The notes under the pieces are model-generated. The model was given only the letters and a program-made list of their open reading frames with translations. It searched no databases and was not told where the DNA came from. Below, piece by piece: positions 12,019 to 24,721 of a DNA stretch of 64,000 bases. Each line of letters starts with the position of its first letter. Position 1 is the stretch's first letter. The translations under genes were made by a program, and so were the position numbers. Source of the DNA: Mantamonas sphyraenae STR306 (lineage: Eukaryota; Protista; CRuMs); NCBI GenBank assembly GCA_026936335.1, contig JAPMXV010000055.1:362194-426193 (forward strand), read 5' to 3'.

Positions 12019-13339
12019 TCATGTTGGTTCGTGTTTCGGGTGTAGGAGGGTGCTGGAGGTGCTCGTGGAGGTGCTCGGGGTCGTGCTGAGGTGGATTTCA
12101 AGGGGTTCAGGTTTGGGTTCGGGTTTGGGTTCGGGTTTGGAGAAGAAGGGAGAGGTGATTGTGTGGTCGGACGTGGATGCAGTAGAGGAGGTAGAGGAGG
12201 TAGAGGAGGTGGTGCTGGTGGTGCTGGTGGTGCTCGTGGTGCTCGCTTGGACGCGCTTGCGCTTCTTCGGACTCGTGTCGGTGAAGGCGGATGGACACAG
12301 GTCGCTGACAGTGCAGAGGTGGCAGTCTGGGTTGCGTGCCTTGCAGACGGTCTGGCCAAAACCGACAAGCATGGGATTGATGGGTGTCCAGAGCTCGCGG
12401 GGCAGCCAGCCTTCGAGGGCCACGCGTGTGTCTTCGGGCTTGGAGGTGTCGACCCAGCCTAACCTGTTGGTAATGCGGTGTACATGGATGTCGACACCAA
12501 TGCCACTCTGTGGTTGTGTGGATGGGAGGCGGGAATCGGCAGCGGACAGGGGGAAAGGGAAGGTGTGAGCGAAAGGGCTGAAAGGCACGAGTAGAGCAGG
12601 TACAACGCACATTGAGGCCCCAGGCGCAGTTAAGCGCGAGGTATCCCATCTTTGGGCCGACCCCTTTGAGCTTGAGGAGGTCTTTGAGGGTATCGGGAAC
12701 GTCGCCGTCGTGGTCTTTGGCGAGTTGGTCGGCAGCGAGCTTCAGATAGGTGGCTTTGCGGCGCCAGAAGCCAACGGGCTTGATGGTTTCTGCAATAAGT
12801 TGTGTGTCTGCGTTGCGGAGGGATTGGACGTTGAGTCCGCCGGGGAGAGTGTCGTGCAGACGGAGGAGGGCGGCGTGTGTGATCTCGTCCTTGGTTTGGG
12901 AGGAGAGCATGAGGGCCACGAGGATGTGCAGGCGCTGGTCCTTGGGCGAGAGGTTGTCTGCAGCAACACGTTCGCATCCCATGGTGTCGACGGGGGCGAC
13001 AATGTTCTTGCGCATGGTGTGGATGCGCGAGTACACGGTGAGCCAGTCGGGTGGGCTGCCTGCAATGTCCTCGATGCTCGAGAGACCCAGCTCGTTGGCC
13101 ACGGAGTATTTGTAGATGTCCTTGGGGTGTGCAGGTGCCTCGAGGCGGACGCGTTTGACATCCTGCACTTCAGAGGTGTCGGCAGACGAAATGAAATCTT
13201 CTGCACCTGCGAAAGGAGCCGAGACGTCGGCGGCGCCTCTGTCGACGCTGTCTTGCAAAGACAACGACGTGCGCTTCACACCACGGGAGGAACGGGACAT
13301 GGAGCGGACAAACATGCGTTGGCTACAAGTGCGCAGCAT
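12019..13339 (-). CDS. NTH1: Endonuclease III homolog (HhH-GPD DNA glycosylase/AP lyase with 4Fe-4S motif); intron 12508-12610
   Basis: [61 protein letters not shown]. Confidence 0.93.
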
Positions 13340-13550
13340 GCGATGGGAAGATGGGCGCTGGGCGGAAAGACGGACGCAGGCTGGAAAGGAGCCGAAGGAG
13401 CCGGCGGAGACTTTTGCCGGAGGAAGAAAATGGAAGCGCGATCGTCTCCGTCTGCGACGCCAACGAAAAGCGTCAACCCGGACCACCGAAAACCCCAAAC
13501 ACAGCTACCCGCTGCAGAACACACCCGGACAAAAGCAAAACACATAAAGA

Positions 13551-16476
13551 ATGTCGAGTGGAGACCCTACAGACTCGGACCGGTCGCCAGAAATGGACGC
13601 CATGCTGTCGGAGGACGAGAGCGACGACGAATCGAGGAAAAGTTCCGAATCAAAAACGGCGGCGCGCAACACAAAAAGCCCCGCGGGTGGTAAGCGAGCA
13701 GGTGCAGGCGCACACAAGTCGGCAAAGGCCTCGCCGGTGTCGCACAAGTCGCCAGCTTCGGTGCGGGCATACCCGAAGAAGAGCATCAACGACGATATCG
13801 AAACGGGAACGGGCACGGTGGTGCCCGGCGCAAAACGTGACAATGCGCCGCAGGTTGAAACGACGGTGCTGCAGCAGTGCAGCGGCTTTGTGGACAAGTC
13901 CCTGAGCAAGGCGTTCTTTCGTCTGGGCCGCTACGTGGGCACGGCGCCCTATGTAGTCATTCTGGCCGCGGTGTTTGTCGTGGCGGTGTGCGCCACGGGC
14001 TTCACGCAGTTCTACCAAGAGTCGCGTGGCGACCGTCTGTGGATCCCGCAAGGCACCAAGGCCATCGAGGATCGCAACTACTACGAGAGCATCTTTTCGT
14101 CGGAAGTGCGCTTCAACTCGGCGCTGATGGTGCCGAACCCGGAAGGCACCAATGTGCTCACCAAGGACTTTCTCAACAAGGCGTTTGACTACTACGAAAG
14201 GTGCTAGCCATCGAGGTGGAGGCCGAAGGCAAAAAGTGGACGTTTGAGACGCTGTGCTTCAAGCAGGGCCCCAACTGCCTGGTGTCGGGCATCTTGTCCA
14301 AGTGGCAGTTCAACCGCACGCGCATGCAGAACGACGCCGACGTGGCAGCCACGGTGCGCCAGGGCGAGACGGATGTGAGCCTGGAAAACTCGATCGGAGG
14401 CACAAGCAAGGACAGCAACGGCAACATTGTGAGCGCCAAGGCGATGAGGCTGAACTTTCTGCTGGAGAACAGGGAGAAGGTGGTGAACGGCGACACGGAG
14501 GACATCCCGGCCGAGACATGGGAGGCCGAGTACCTCAAGTTGTCGCTGAACTACAAGGAAGTGACGATCTGGCCCCAGGCAGCGCGCTCGTTCAGCGACG
14601 AGTTTGGCGGGACGATCCGAGGCGACGTGGGCCTGCTGTCGTCGTCGTACTTTCTGATCATCATCTACCTGGTGGTGATGCTGGGCCGCACAAACAAGCT
14701 GGAGTCGCGCATGGTGCTGTCTGTGGGTGCCATTGCGTCGATTGGCTTGGCAGTGGCGATGGGCTTTGGGTTGTCGTCGTGGCTGGGCCAGTTTTACGGA
14801 CCGGTGCACTCGGTGCTGCCGTTTGTGTTGATTGGTATCGGTGTGGACGACAGCTTTGTGATCTTTGACGCGTTTACGGCGACGTCGCGCAACAAGGGCT
14901 TGCCGCAGCGCATGGGCCAGGCGCTGTCGCATGCAGGCGTGTCGATCACAGTGACGTCGCTGACCGACTTTTTGGCGTTTGTGATCGGTACGACGACGGT
15001 GCTGCCTGCCCTGAGCAGCTTCTGCGTGTTTGCGGCAACGTCGATCATTGCGGTGTGGCTGATGCAGATCACTTTCTTCTCCGCATGCATTGTGCTGGAC
15101 GAGCGCCGTGTGAACATGGGTCGCTCGGACTGCTGCTGCTGCACCAACCAGTACTGCGACCAGCGTGAGAAGCTGGCCAAGCTGCAGGCGGAGGCGGAGC
15201 AGAACGACGGAGCGTCGCGAGAGAGCCGCATGCAGGAGTTTCTGGGCGAATACTACACGCCGTTCATCCTGCGACCGTACATGCGCGTGATCATCACGGT
15301 GCTGTTCCTGGGTCTGCTGGGAGGCGCGATCTACTGCGCACTGAATCTGGAAGAGAGCGCGGACCAGACAGCGTTCATTCCGGGCGACTCGTACCTGCAA
15401 AAGGTGAACGAATTCAACGAGAAGTACTTTTCGAACGCAGGTGTGGGCGTCAACATCGTTACGAAAAAGTTTGACTACTTTGCAAACATGGATGCGCTGT
15501 CGTCGATCCAGGAAAAGATCAAAGACGTGCCAAACCTGCGCGACCCGTACGGCCCCACATTCTCGAGCTGGTTTGTGAGCTACCTGAGCTACCTGAACAG
15601 CACGCGCCCGCAGCTGCTGACGTCCAAGGGCTACCCTGCGACGGAGGATCAGTTCTACACTTGGCTGAAGGAGTACCTGAATGGAGCCGGAGCACGCTTC
15701 TCATCGAGCGTGGTGTATGATAACGAGAACAAGACGGCGATCAAGGCGACGCGCATGAGCGCCGAGTTTGACCCGCTGCCGACGACGGCCAAGCAGACGG
15801 CGTCGATGAACGGAATCCGTGCGGCCGTGGCCAAGGTGGAGGTGCCGACGATTGCGTTTACATTTGCATTCCTGAACTGGGAGCAGTACGCGGTGATCGA
15901 GCAGGAACTGTACCAGAACATTGCACTCGCTGTGGCGGCGGTGTTTTTGATACGCTGGTGATGATTGGCCACCCGCTGACGGCGATCCTGGTGACACTGT
16001 GTGTGGTGCTGACTGTGGTGGATCTGCTGGGTGTGATGTGGCTGTGGAATGTGCCCATTGACGCGGTGAGCGCGGTGAACCTGGTGATTGCCATCGGTTT
16101 GGCGGTGGACTACAGCGCACACATTGGACATAACTTTATGAACCAGACGGGAACGCGTGTGGAGCGCACGATCAAGGCAATGCGAGACATTGGCGCGTCT
16201 GTGATTAACGGTGCCATCTCGACGTTCCTTGCCATTGTGCTGTTGTCGGGCTCGCAGTCGTATGTGTTTGTGGTGTTCTTCAAGATGTTTTTCATTGTCG
16301 CCGTGTTCGGCGTGGGCCACGGTCTGGTGCTGCTGCCTGTGGCACTGGCAACATTTGGACCGTCGCCGAGCCCGAGCGCATACGAGGTGCACGACGACGA
16401 TCACGAGCTGGACAGCATGGGGCCGAGCGAACGCAAGGATGTGCTCCCGGCAAGCAAACTTGCTCGGGAGGTTTGA
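13551..16476 (+). CDS. Patched/NPC1-like RND membrane protein with sterol-sensing domain; two apparent 1-nt deletions (~14198, ~15951)
   Basis: Three consecutive ORFs join by -1 shifts; LPFVLIGIGVDD, GVSITVTSLTD, AIGLAVDYSAHI, FFKMF..GHGLVLLPV. Confidence 0.88.
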
Positions 16477-16498
16477 TGAGAGAGGGTGGGAAGGACTT

Positions 16499-18238
16499 TC
16501 AAATGGAGAACACCTGGTCAAACAAATCGACGATGTGTTGCGGACGGGACGGGTTGGGAGACGGGGGCTTGGGAGGAGCGGCCTGCACGTAGGCTTGATC
16601 GTCATCCAAGTCGACTGGAGCTGCTGGTGTAGACGAGGTTGTGGTTGGTTGGATGCCAGCGTCTCGCAAAGCCTGGGTGTCCAGGAGGTCGCGGACGGCG
16701 GTCGAACGGTTGCTCGGCAAGGCGTCAAGGTGTTTGTAGGCAAGTCCGAAGCGTTTGCAGAGGAGACGCTCGGGTTGCCAGGGAAGCACGGTGCGTTGCG
16801 GTTTCCTTCGGGCCGGGTTGGTGGTGGATGAGGTTTGAGCGGGAGACGACGACGTGCTGCCGCTGCTAGATGATGATGTGGACGATACGAATTGGAGGCC
16901 AACAGGTTGAGCAGAGGCCTGGGCGGTGGTGGACGTGGTGGACGTGGGTTTGACAAAGCGACTGCTGATGGTGGAAGCGGATGAGGAGGAGGAAGTGGCT
17001 GCTGCGGCGGCGTAGGTGCGTTCAAAGTCTGGGATCTCGTGCGGATGTTGAGCGAGCGCGTCGCGGATGTAGTTGGGGATGGGGTGGCCGGCTGCGTGAA
17101 GTTGTTTGGCCTGTACAAAGAGGCGGTAGCGGGCGTCGGTGGTTGTGGTTGTGGTTATGGAGGAGGAGGAGGAGGAGGAGCTGGAGGAGCTCGATAGCTG
17201 TTGCTCGCCCAATACGGCGCCTCGTTGGCGATGGTCCACGGTGTGGAGAGATTGTGCGTGGTTGGACATGCGGTGGTGTTCGTCAAAGTTGTCTGGAACT
17301 GTGGGCGGATCATAGCTGTGGGGAAAGGGAACGTGGATTGGGGTTGTGGTGGGTACGTGGGCCGGGGGAGCGGGGGAGCGGGGGGCGGAGGCTTACAATG
17401 TGTACAGTGGTGCGGGATTGGAGGCAAAGCAGAAGCCTGGAAGAGGCGGGCGCCCGTCCGTGCCGACCTGCGGGGCAAAGTCTTTGGAGGTGGGCCGAGG
17501 GCGCTTGCGTGGGTTGGTGGAGGAGGAGGAGGAGGAGGAGTCGAGGGTACGGTCGTAGGTGGAAAGATCGTCAGTGGCATAGAGGTGGAGGTCTGCGTCG
17601 TCGAGGGCAAGGTGTTGGGCGTGGTGGTGGGAGGGGCGGAGATCGCCGGTGCGAGCGTGGGTGTCGTAGCCAAGGCCAAGGCGGTCGAGTTTGGGCTGTT
17701 GTTGCGGAATATAGACATCTGGAGGGGCAAACGTGATGTGTGGGTCGTGGTGGGAGGCGTGGAGCTCCTCGTGGCTCATCTTCCGGCGCTTGCGTGGGCC
17801 GAGGCCCTGGCCGGGCTTCCAGCCCATGGTCTGGAGAAGCTCGACGCCCATGGAGTCTTGTGCGGCTTCGATGAGGTCGCGTGTGCCAAAGGAGCCCATG
17901 TTGGAGACGGATGCACTGGCGAGGGCAAAGCGGGCGGTGGTTTCGACCTGGTTGTCGAGCAGGCCTGCGTCTCGCCTGTCCTCCTCGTCCATAAAGTCGA
18001 GCACGGACTGCTGGGCGTGTTGTCGGGTGTGTGTGCGGTCTGTGCGCGAGGAGGAGAAGGATCGTGGCTGGAAGCCCTCCTTGCTGCCCACTGTGTTGTA
18101 GTAGCCGGCCGAGAAGCCTCCAGTGAAAGCCCCATGGAACCTGCGGCGACCACGGTCGTCCACAGCAACCTGGTTGTGCACGGCCGTGTATTCACGGGCT
18201 TTGTCGCGTTCTTCGTCGATGGGAGTGCCGAGGGACAT
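16499..18238 (-). CDS. GPATCH1: G-patch domain protein, GPATCH1/TOUGH-like; intron 17316-17396
   Basis: GRRRFHGAFTGGFSAGYYNTVGSKEGF motif, G-patch MGVELLQTMGWKPGQGLG, WQPERLLCKRFG; GTAAGC..CAG intron joins the frames. Confidence 0.85.
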
Positions 18239-18319
18239 GCTGGCAGCGGTGGGGGGGGGGGGGGGGGGGGGAGGAATTGGTTTGCATTGGTGGGGGACTT
18301 GGCTTGGCAGCTGGTGGGG

Positions 18320-19706
18320 TCACTGGTTGACAGAGTTGGAAAAGATGCGCTTCTGAGGGATGGACATGCTCTCGAGGACGCTTTCGTAGGCTTGGGCGTA
18401 GGCGGGGTTGTGATCGGGATGGAAACTTGCGCGGATCTTGCCTGCGTTGTTGCGGCCGGCAGCCATGGACTGATGGAGCTGCTTGGCGTACTGGGGCACG
18501 TCGAGATCAATGCCGGCGTCTGTGTAGTACATGCCCGGGGTTTGCTTGCTGGTGACAAGCTGACGTTGCTTGCCCTCGTAGTAAGCCAAGTGGTCGTAGC
18601 CCAGCTTGCTCTCTGCCATGTCGCTTTGGGTGACCAGCTTGTAGAGGAGCAGTGCTCTCTCGAGGTAGCCCTGGTGGCATTGCTTCTTGTCGCAGGAGGG
18701 GGCGTAGGGGCCGTCTTGGAGGGAACGGAACTTTGCATAGGCGTCTTTGGTGCTATGGACGGCACTGGTCTGTTCACCCTCGTCAAAGAGGCGGACGCGA
18801 CGCGAAGTGGCTTGGGACCAGAGGCCCGTGCCTGTGCGCTCGCTTGTCTGGGTCTGGATCTGGACAAACTTGCGGTTTGCCTCCTGCTCAAGGATGTGCT
18901 CGACCTCGGCATCGATGTCCGGCTCCTGGGGCACGGGCGAACGCGGGCGAACGCAGGAGGGTTGCGGGTTGCTGCCTGGTTGGCTGTGCTGCTGGGTCCA
19001 TTCCTCGTCAAAGGGATTGGCAGCGACACGTTTGCCCTGCTTGCGCAGACGAGCTCGTGTTTTGCCCGGCGACAGCTTGACCACCATAGTGTTTGGCTTG
19101 CCGTGTCCCTGCTTGAACTTGGTGGCGCGCATGTTGACCTGCAGGGCGGGGGAGGGGGGGGGGTGTCAGAGTTTTTGGAATGTTGTCAACGGACAAAATC
19201 CGCAGGGGAGGAGAACGTACGTTTTCCAGGCGTGCGCATGGGTCGACGGTGGGTACGGGCGAACGGGAGCGCGTGGCAGACGGTTGGACGTCAGAGGAGG
19301 AGACGTAGGGGTTGGTGCGGTCGTAGTAGCGGCGGTAGTGAGCACGTTTGGAAAAGATTTCCACGTCTTCCTCGGCTTCGTGGGAGGCGGTGGCTGCCTT
19401 TCCTCTGCGCTCAGCAGCGGTGCGCTTGGGCCGCTTGTAGTAGTTGGGAGGATGCTCTTTGCGCTGTAGGAGCGGGTTCTTGTGCTCGGGCTTGTACTCG
19501 GCCATGCGCTTGGAGACCTTGAGGCGTTCTGAGGTGAGGTAGTGGTGTCGCTTCCAGGCCTCGATGGCCTCGCGGTGGGCCTTGTCGGCGTTGGACCGCT
19601 TGGTGGCTCTGTACTGGGCACGCTTGGCCTCGGAGAGGACATGGAGGTGCTGTGGAGTTGGGTTGTCCTGAGTGGGACCCACGGGAGTGGGAAGTCGACG
19701 GGACAT
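18320..19706 (-). CDS. Hypothetical basic protein; intron 19139-19220
   Basis: Two ORFs joined in frame by a GTACGT..CTGCAG intron; no recognisable motif. Confidence 0.6.
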
Positions 19707-19799
19707 TGTGTTTTGGTGGTTTCGTTGCCGGTCAGCGCGCACGGATGCACCTCAAGAGCTCGAGACGGTCGGACAGCAACAGAAAACGTGCCAAGCATC

Positions 19800-22700
19800 A
19801 TGAGTTGGGCTGATCAGGACAATGATGAGTTTCGGGCGGAGTCGGGGGCGTCCCAGAACTTTGACTTTCTGGCGTTTAGCAGCCAAGGGGACGAAAGCGA
19901 CGGCGACGACGGGGCGTTCAAGGGGTCGTCTGCGGGAGCAGGTGGGTCGTCGTCGTCGTCGTCGTCGTCGTCGTTGTTTGGAGGAGGTGGAGAGGGACGT
20001 GCGTCCAACACGCTGTTCAGTGACAGTGCGTCGGTGAGCACGATTGAGACGCAGGAGGAGCTGCAGTTTGAAATGTTTGACGAGGACATGCTGGACTACT
20101 CCAACATGGATTTGCCGGAGCACGCGTGCACATACTGTGGGATTCACGACCCGGGGACAGTGGTGCGGTGTCTGGGGTGCGACAAGTGGTTCTGCAATGG
20201 CCGAGGGCTTACCAACGGCTCACACATTGTGACGCATCTGGCGCGGTCCAAGGTAAGGGGATGTGGGCGTGGAGTGTGTGGTCGGAGCGGGATGTTGGCG
20301 TTGGAGAAGCGGGATGTGTGGCAAGAAGGGAGTGAGTGTTTTTGTGGCTGACGCGTGCTCGCAGCACAAGGAAATCGCTCTTCACCGCGACTCTCCGCTG
20401 GGAGACAGCGTGCTGGAGTGTTACAACTGCAACTCGCGCAATGTGTTTCTGCTGGGCTTCATTCCGGCGAAGGAAGAGTCTGTGGTGGTGATCCTGTGCC
20501 GTGAACCGTGCGCTGCAAGCGGAGGCAAGGACAGCACATGTAAGTGCGCGTGTGTGGAGGCAGGAGAGAGAAAGGCAGAGGGGGAGGGTGGACAAGGGAC
20601 TGCACTGTTGACACACAGGGCACACGGGATGGACATGGTCACACACGGACACACACACACACACACACACAGGGGACACGAGCGTTTGGATGCCCATCAT
20701 TGCGGAGCGTGCGTTTTTGCCGTGGCTGATCAAATTCCCCGAGGAGGAGGAAGAGGCGCTGGCGCGGCCAGTGTCGGGCCAACAGATCCATCGGCTGGAG
20801 GAACTGTGGCGAAGCAAGCCCGAGGCGACGTTGGAGGACCTAGACAACCCGGAAAGCGGGGCGGTGGAGCCGGAATCGGTGAAACTCGAGTACGAGAGTG
20901 CAGAGGAGTACCGGCATGTGCTGGGGGCGTTGGTGAAGATGGAGGCGGACTATGACAAGAGCATCAAGGAGGCACAGACACACGAGGGAATCAGCGTGCG
21001 TTGGGAGAGAGGGTTGAACCGGAGGCACCTTGCGTGCTTTGCGTTTCCGCGATCGGAGAGCGAGGTGCGTCTTGTGACTGGGGATGAACTGCGGCTTCGG
21101 ATGGTGACGGGAGATGTGGAGGGTGAGTGGAGCTGCGAGGGCCACGTGCTGATGATCTCTGCGGAGGAGGAGGTTGTGCTGGAGTTGAACAGCAACCGCA
21201 AGGTGCCGACACACATTGAGCACGGCTACACGGTCGAGTTTCTGTGGAAATCGACGTCGTTCGACAGGATGCAGAACGCGCTGCGTGTGTTTGAGGCCGA
21301 CAAGCGCGCAGCATCCAAGTTTCTGCAGGCGCGGCTGCTGGGCCAAAGCGGCGAGGCAAGCAAGACGTCGTCGAAGCTGGTGCTACCCAAGGAGATGAGT
21401 GCGCCTGGCCTGCCGGAGCTGAACGAGTCGCAGGTGTCTGCGGTAAAGGCGGCGCTGCAGCGTCCGCTGACGCTGATCCAGGGCCCGCCCGGGACTGGCA
21501 AGACAGTGACGAGTGCGACGATTGTGCATCACCTGGCGTCGATGGGCAAAAAGCCTGTGCTTGTGTGTGCGCCGAGCAATGTGGGAGTGGACCAGCTGAC
21601 CGAAAAGATTCACGCGACAGGCCTCAAGGTGGTGCGGCTGTCGGCAAAGAGCCGCGAGAGCGTGTCGTCGTCGATCGACTTTCTGTGCCTGCACCACATG
21701 GTGGAGGAAATGCAAGCGAGCGACGGACAGCTGCGGAGACTGCAGCAGCGGCGGAGTGAGCACGGACAGCTGCGGCGTGGCGACGAGCGCAAGTACCGGA
21801 AGCTGCGAGAGGCGGCGGAAAGGGAGATTCTGAACGCAGCGGATGTGATTTGCACGACGTGCGTGGGGGCAGGGGACCGGCGGCTGAAACGGTTCCGGTT
21901 TGAGCAGGTGCTTGTGGACGAGAGCACGCAGTCGACCGAGGCCGAGAGCCTGATTGCACTTGTGAACGGGGCGAAAAAGGTGGTGCTTGTGGGAGATCAC
22001 TGTCAACTGGGGCCTGTGGTGATGTGTACGGCTGCAGCGCGATGCGGGCTAACGCAGAGTTTGTTTGAGCGGCTGGTGTTGCTTGGGGAGAGGCCGGTGC
22101 GGCTGCAGGTGCAATACCGCATGCACCCGTGCTTGAGCGAGTTTCCATCGAACACGTTCTACGAGGGCACGCTGCTGAACGGGGTGAACGAAAGCGAGCG
22201 CGTGCTGGATGGAGTGGAATTTCCGTGGCCTGTGCCGGAGAAGCCGCACATGTTTAAGAACGTGACGTCGCCGGAGGAAATGAGCGCGAGCAGCACGTCG
22301 TACCTGAACCGAGGCGAAGCGATGGCTGTGCTGGCGGTGGTAAACTGCTTCTTTGAGGGAGGGGTGCGGCCGGAGCAGATCGGTGTGGTGACGCCGTACG
22401 AGGGCCAGCGAGCACACGTGGTGTCGACAATGGTGCAGCGAGGAACAATGCTGAAGAGCTTGTATGAGAGCATTGAGGTTGCAAGCGTGGATGCGTTTCA
22501 GGGGCGTGAGAAGGACTTTATCATCTTGTCGTGCGTGCGCAGCAACGAGAGCGTGGGGATCGGGTTTTTGAAGGACGCCAGGAGGCTGAATGTGGCGTTG
22601 ACGCGGGCAAAGTATGGGGTGGTCGTCGTGGGCAACGGGAAAGTGCTTGCGAAGCAAGTGTTGTGGGGAAATCTGTTGAATGTGAGTTGGAGGGGGTGAG

Positions 22701-22984
22701 AATGCACAGGGAGAGCGTGACTGACACGGAGGAGGTGTACACAGCATTACAAGGACGAAGGGGTGCTTGTGGAAGGGTCGATGAGCAACCTGCAGCCGTG
22801 CGGGTTGGCTTTGAGGAAGCCGCGATTGTATGTGAACGAGCGGTTTGCGAGCGCGTACGGGGCCAGTGTGGGAGAGGAGGAGGGTCAGGATGGAGGAAGT
22901 GGGTCAGGAGGTGGTGGAGGTGGGATGGAATTTTTCCAGGGAGGGTCGATGTATTATAGGGGCGGGGAGAAGAAGGAGCGGTGA
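19800..22984 (+). CDS. UPF1: UPF1 nonsense-mediated decay SF1 helicase; introns 20253-20364, 20540-20672, 22682-22744
   Basis: CH domain [11 protein letters not shown]...KWFCNGRG...[55 protein letters not shown]; all three introns restore the frame. Confidence 0.96.
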
Positions 22985-22998
22985 GGGAACCAAAGCAA

Positions 22999-24717
22999 AT
23001 GGAAGGGATGCGCGGTACAGCGGACATCAAGCGAACGCAAAGTGTGGTTGCAGTGCTGGTAGTGGCGGCAGTGGTGAGCGCTGTAGTGGCAGGCGGGGAG
23101 CAGCGGCCTGCGTTTCATCACAGCCGTGAGAAAGGGTGGATGAACGACCCAAACGCGCCGTTTGTGCACGAGGGGGAGTACCATTTGATGTACCAGGCCA
23201 ATGGGGCGAACGAAACGGTGTGGGGCAACATGACCATGGCGCACGTGTTTTCGAAAGACATGCTTCGGTGGAGCTACGAAACGTACGCGCTGGAACCCAC
23301 GGCGTCGTACGACCGGGAGGGCGTGTTTACGGGCTCGCTGACGAAACAGAGCACATACGTGCCGGAGTGGCTGAAGGGCCAGGTGAAGGAGGGTGAAGCA
23401 GTGCCGACGATCCTGTTTACTGGTGTGTGGCCAGAGACGCAGAACGCAGCGTTTCCGGCAGACTTGAGTGAGCCGCATCTGCTGACGTGGCGCACGGCAG
23501 AGGGCAACCCGTGGATTGGCAAGGCACCATTCAACGCAAGCAGCTTCAGGGACCCGACGACGGCGATGCAGAAGAAGAACGGGACGTGGTGGTTCGTGGT
23601 CGGGGCGGGAGACAACGCGCTCGTGTATGCGAGCGAAGACTTTGTGGAGTGGAGGTACGTGCATGAGTACGTGGCCAAGAAGCTGTACACGGGCTGCCCG
23701 ATCTACGAGTGCCCCGACGTGATTGTGGAGGGGGAGCGTGCGGCGTTTAAGTTTTCGTGCGACGGGAACGCGGCCAAGGGCCACATGGACCTGTACCAGG
23801 TGGGCAAGCACTACGAGGACTCGTTGCAATTTGTGGGAGAACAGGTGGCGAGGATCGACGCCGGGAAACAGTTTTACGCGAGCAAATCGTTTGTGGACGA
23901 AGAGGTTGGACGGCGCATCCTGTACGGATGGGTAGCGGAGGCGGACGCGGCGTCTGATGCTGCAGCGCGGGGATGGGCAGGTGTGCAGGCGCTGCCACGT
24001 GAGATGACGTGGTGTGCAGAGACGGGCCGGCTTTTGTTTGCGCCGATCCGGGAACTGGCAGGGCTGCGTGGAACCAAGCAGAGCTTTGGCGGACGGCTGG
24101 TGGAGGAGGGACAGGTGGAGGTGTTGGACAAGGTGCAAGGGAGGCAACTGGATGTGGAGGCGCAGATGCGTGTGGAGACGCCGGGCAAGGTGAACGCGTA
24201 CGGGCTGGACGTGCTTGCGAGCGCAGACGGTGAGGAGTGCACGCGTGTGATCGTGATGGGACCGACTGAGCAGATGCAGCGTGCGGTGGTAGGCGGATCT
24301 GCAGACCGGGTCGTGCAAGCATTCCGGGGAATGGAGTGCTTTGAGGCATGCATGGGAGACGCGATGTGTGTGCAGTACCAGTGGAACAGCAGCGACAAGG
24401 AGTGTCTGCTGTTTTGGGAGCTGCATGGGTACAGCAGCCATGCTGTGCAGGGAGCAGAAAGCGGGACGCCCGGGCTAGGGATTGTCAAGACGGCGGAGGA
24501 TAGCACGTCTGCGGTGGTGCAGGTGAACGGGTGGCAGGCAGTGGATCTGCGCGTGGTGGTGGACCACAGCATTGTGGAGGTGTTTTTCAATGGCGGGAGC
24601 GAGGTGGCGACGGTGCGCGTGTATCCGCAGAGGGAGGACAGCGTGGGAATGCGAGTGTGGAGCAAGGGTGGGGCGGTGTGGGTGAGCCAGTTGGATGTGT
24701 GGGACATCAAAGTTTAA
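22999..24717 (+). CDS. Secreted glycoside hydrolase family 32 (invertase/fructosidase) with a PAN/apple-like insert
   Basis: Hydrophobic N-terminus; catalytic WMNDPN, FRDP, YECPD; FYASKSF, DHSIVEVF, RVYP. Confidence 0.92.
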   Translation: MEGMRGTADIKRTQSVVAVLVVAAVVSAVVAGGEQRPAFHHSREKGWMNDPNAPFVHEGEYHLMYQANGANETVWGNMTMAHVFSKDMLRWSYETYALEPTASYDREGVFTGSLTKQSTYVPEWLKGQVKEGEAVPTILFTGVWPETQNAAFPADLSEPHLLTWRTAEGNPWIGKAPFNASSFRDPTTAMQKKNGTWWFVVGAGDNALVYASEDFVEWRYVHEYVAKKLYTGCPIYECPDVIVEGERAAFKFSCDGNAAKGHMDLYQVGKHYEDSLQFVGEQVARIDAGKQFYASKSFVDEEVGRRILYGWVAEADAASDAAARGWAGVQALPREMTWCAETGRLLFAPIRELAGLRGTKQSFGGRLVEEGQVEVLDKVQGRQLDVEAQMRVETPGKVNAYGLDVLASADGEECTRVIVMGPTEQMQRAVVGGSADRVVQAFRGMECFEACMGDAMCVQYQWNSSDKECLLFWELHGYSSHAVQGAESGTPGLGIVKTAEDSTSAVVQVNGWQAVDLRVVVDHSIVEVFFNGGSEVATVRVYPQREDSVGMRVWSKGGAVWVSQLDVWDIKV

Positions 24718-24721
24718 ATGA

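Noticed and set aside
17201-19522. Long antisense or alternative-frame ORFs (for example 17201-19522, 24817-27369, 48149-50764, 40133-42070)
   Set aside because: They are shadows of real genes or repeats in GC-rich DNA and carry no motifs.
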